This document shows positions 62,810-64,000 of a stretch of DNA of 64,000 nt, piece by piece. The notes beneath the pieces were generated by a model. That model saw only the letters and a list, made by a program, of their open reading frames with translations, had not been told where the DNA came from and ran no database searches. Positions within the stretch are counted from its first letter, which is position 1. Each line of letters opens with the position of its first letter. Origin of the DNA: Camelus dromedarius. Lineage: Eukaryota. The stretch is from contig NC_087447.1 of the NCBI RefSeq assembly GCF_036321535.1, forward strand, positions 34,350,001 to 34,414,000, in the 5' to 3' direction. The translations under genes and the position numbers were made by a program.

Positions 62810-63290
62810 GCCTGTTCAGGTTCAAGTCTGGGCCCTGCCAGCTAGGATTGTTAATGGCAAGTTACATCAGCTCTCTAAGCTTTGTGTTCCTTGTCTGTAA
62901 GATGGGTGTAACAGTGATTTGCTACCTCAGATAACTATAAACGTATTCATATGCATGCTGAGCTTAGAATGAGGCCTGCTACACAGTAAGTGCCCAATAA
63001 GTGTTAGTTATTATCGTCATGCCTCATCATCTCTGTCTTCCAGTAGCAACCGGGGTCAACTGGGGCAGCAGAACTGAATGGAAAGAACATGAGGTTTTGA
63101 TGCCAGTCCTGTCTTGGCTTGTATCCCAGCTCTGCCTGCATGCACATCTTTGAATAAGCGGCTTCACCTCAGTTTTCTCATCTGCAAAATGAGGACATTA
63201 ATATCAACCTCCCGGGTACGTGAGGAGTATTCATGAGAACACAGATGTAAAGCCCCTGGCACTTAGCTGGAGCCTAATAAATGTTAGTTC
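62810..63290 (+). mobile_element. Two tandem MIR SINEs (~62810-63010 and ~63075-63290)
   Basis: TCTGTAAGATGGG...CAGTAAGTGCCCAATAA; CCTCAGTTTTCTCATCTGCAAAATGAGG...AATAAATGTTAG. Confidence 0.8.
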
Positions 63291-63719
63291 CCTCCCTCTT
63301 GTCCTCCTTTCCTTCCCTCTGGAGCTTGCTCTGCATTCACAGTCCTTTCTTTCCCCTTCCTCTTTACTGTCACACTGAATAAATGAATACATTAAGTTAG
63401 TGCGAGCAGATACTTTAAGAATCCAGGCTGGTACATTTCCCAGGTTTCACCGCCATCCATCATGAAACATTAACAAGAGCACTTAAAGAAACGCAGTGCA
63501 TCAGAGATAGAGCGGAGCTCCTCCATGGCTCCGTGGTTCTCGTGCCAAATGTCACATGTTATTAAGGCCAAGGGCAAGAGAGGCTGAGACGTGGGGGGAG
63601 CCCCAAGCAGAGCACAGAAAAAGGATAGTGACTGAGAAGCTGCCTGTGTAGAGCTAGAGTTCAATGCTGGGTAACCTCCTGCCTTCCCCGGAGGTTTGCA
63701 AGTAAAAACCAAGGCTTCA

Positions 63720-64000
63720 TAGTCTCAATAAAAGTGGAAACTACCTAAATCATCATCAACAGGGAGCTGAAGAAATTATAGTCCATGCAAAGCATAGAAT
63801 ACTTTGCATCCATTAGAAGGAAAGAAGTGAATTTATATGTGCTGTGATGGAAAGCTGCCAAGTGAAAAAGCCAGGAGAGAATGCTGAGTATGGGGTGGTT
63901 CCATTTATGCAGAAAAAAGCTCTGCAGTCGTATATGGACATATATGCATGGTAATGCATGAGCTGTGCACCACGCTGTTAACAGTGGTTACCTCCAGGCA
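63720..64000 (+). mobile_element. Old L1ME 3' fragment
   Basis: GTGGAAACTACCTAAAT...CTGTTAACAGTGGTTACCTC. Confidence 0.7.

Noticed and set aside
1..64000. Canonical DR5/DR2 retinoic-acid response element for NAV2 (RAINB1)
   Set aside because: None found by eye; the scan was not exhaustive and needs a PWM search
1..64000. Prokaryote-type systems (CRISPR arrays, operons, defence islands), rRNA, further NAV2 exons
   Set aside because: The sequence is mammalian intronic/upstream DNA; no regularly spaced repeats, and no CH-domain exon appears in the ORF track

Overview
This is mammalian genomic DNA, most likely a camelid (alpaca/llama/camel). That call rests on a tRNA-Ala-derived Vic-1-type SINE, artiodactyl/camelid-type L1 3' ends, and no recognisable Alu, B1/B2, BovA/BovB or PRE-1. 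The only protein-coding sequence I can support is the first coding exon of NAV2 (neuron navigator 2) on the minus strand (7644->7387, 86 codons, GT donor). It lies in a CpG-island promoter (~7.4-9.0 kb). Bases 1-7386 are the following intron. Bases ~9-64 kb are upstream non-coding DNA dense in old repeats (MIR, L2, L1M, MER/hAT/Tigger MITEs, LTRs) plus a few lineage-specific retroposons with visible target-site duplications (TSDs). I found no convincing new biological system. The most notable observations are a twin-primed (5'-inverted) L1, a young L1 tail nested in a MER5A1 near the promoter, four uORFs in the likely NAV2 5'UTR (one TGATG stop-start pair, one strong-Kozak), an inverted CCAAT pair overlapping an ERSE-II-like motif, and several candidate enhancer motifs. 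Repeat family names come from my recollection of consensus sequences, and repeat boundaries are approximate unless a TSD or terminal inverted repeat (TIR) is cited.
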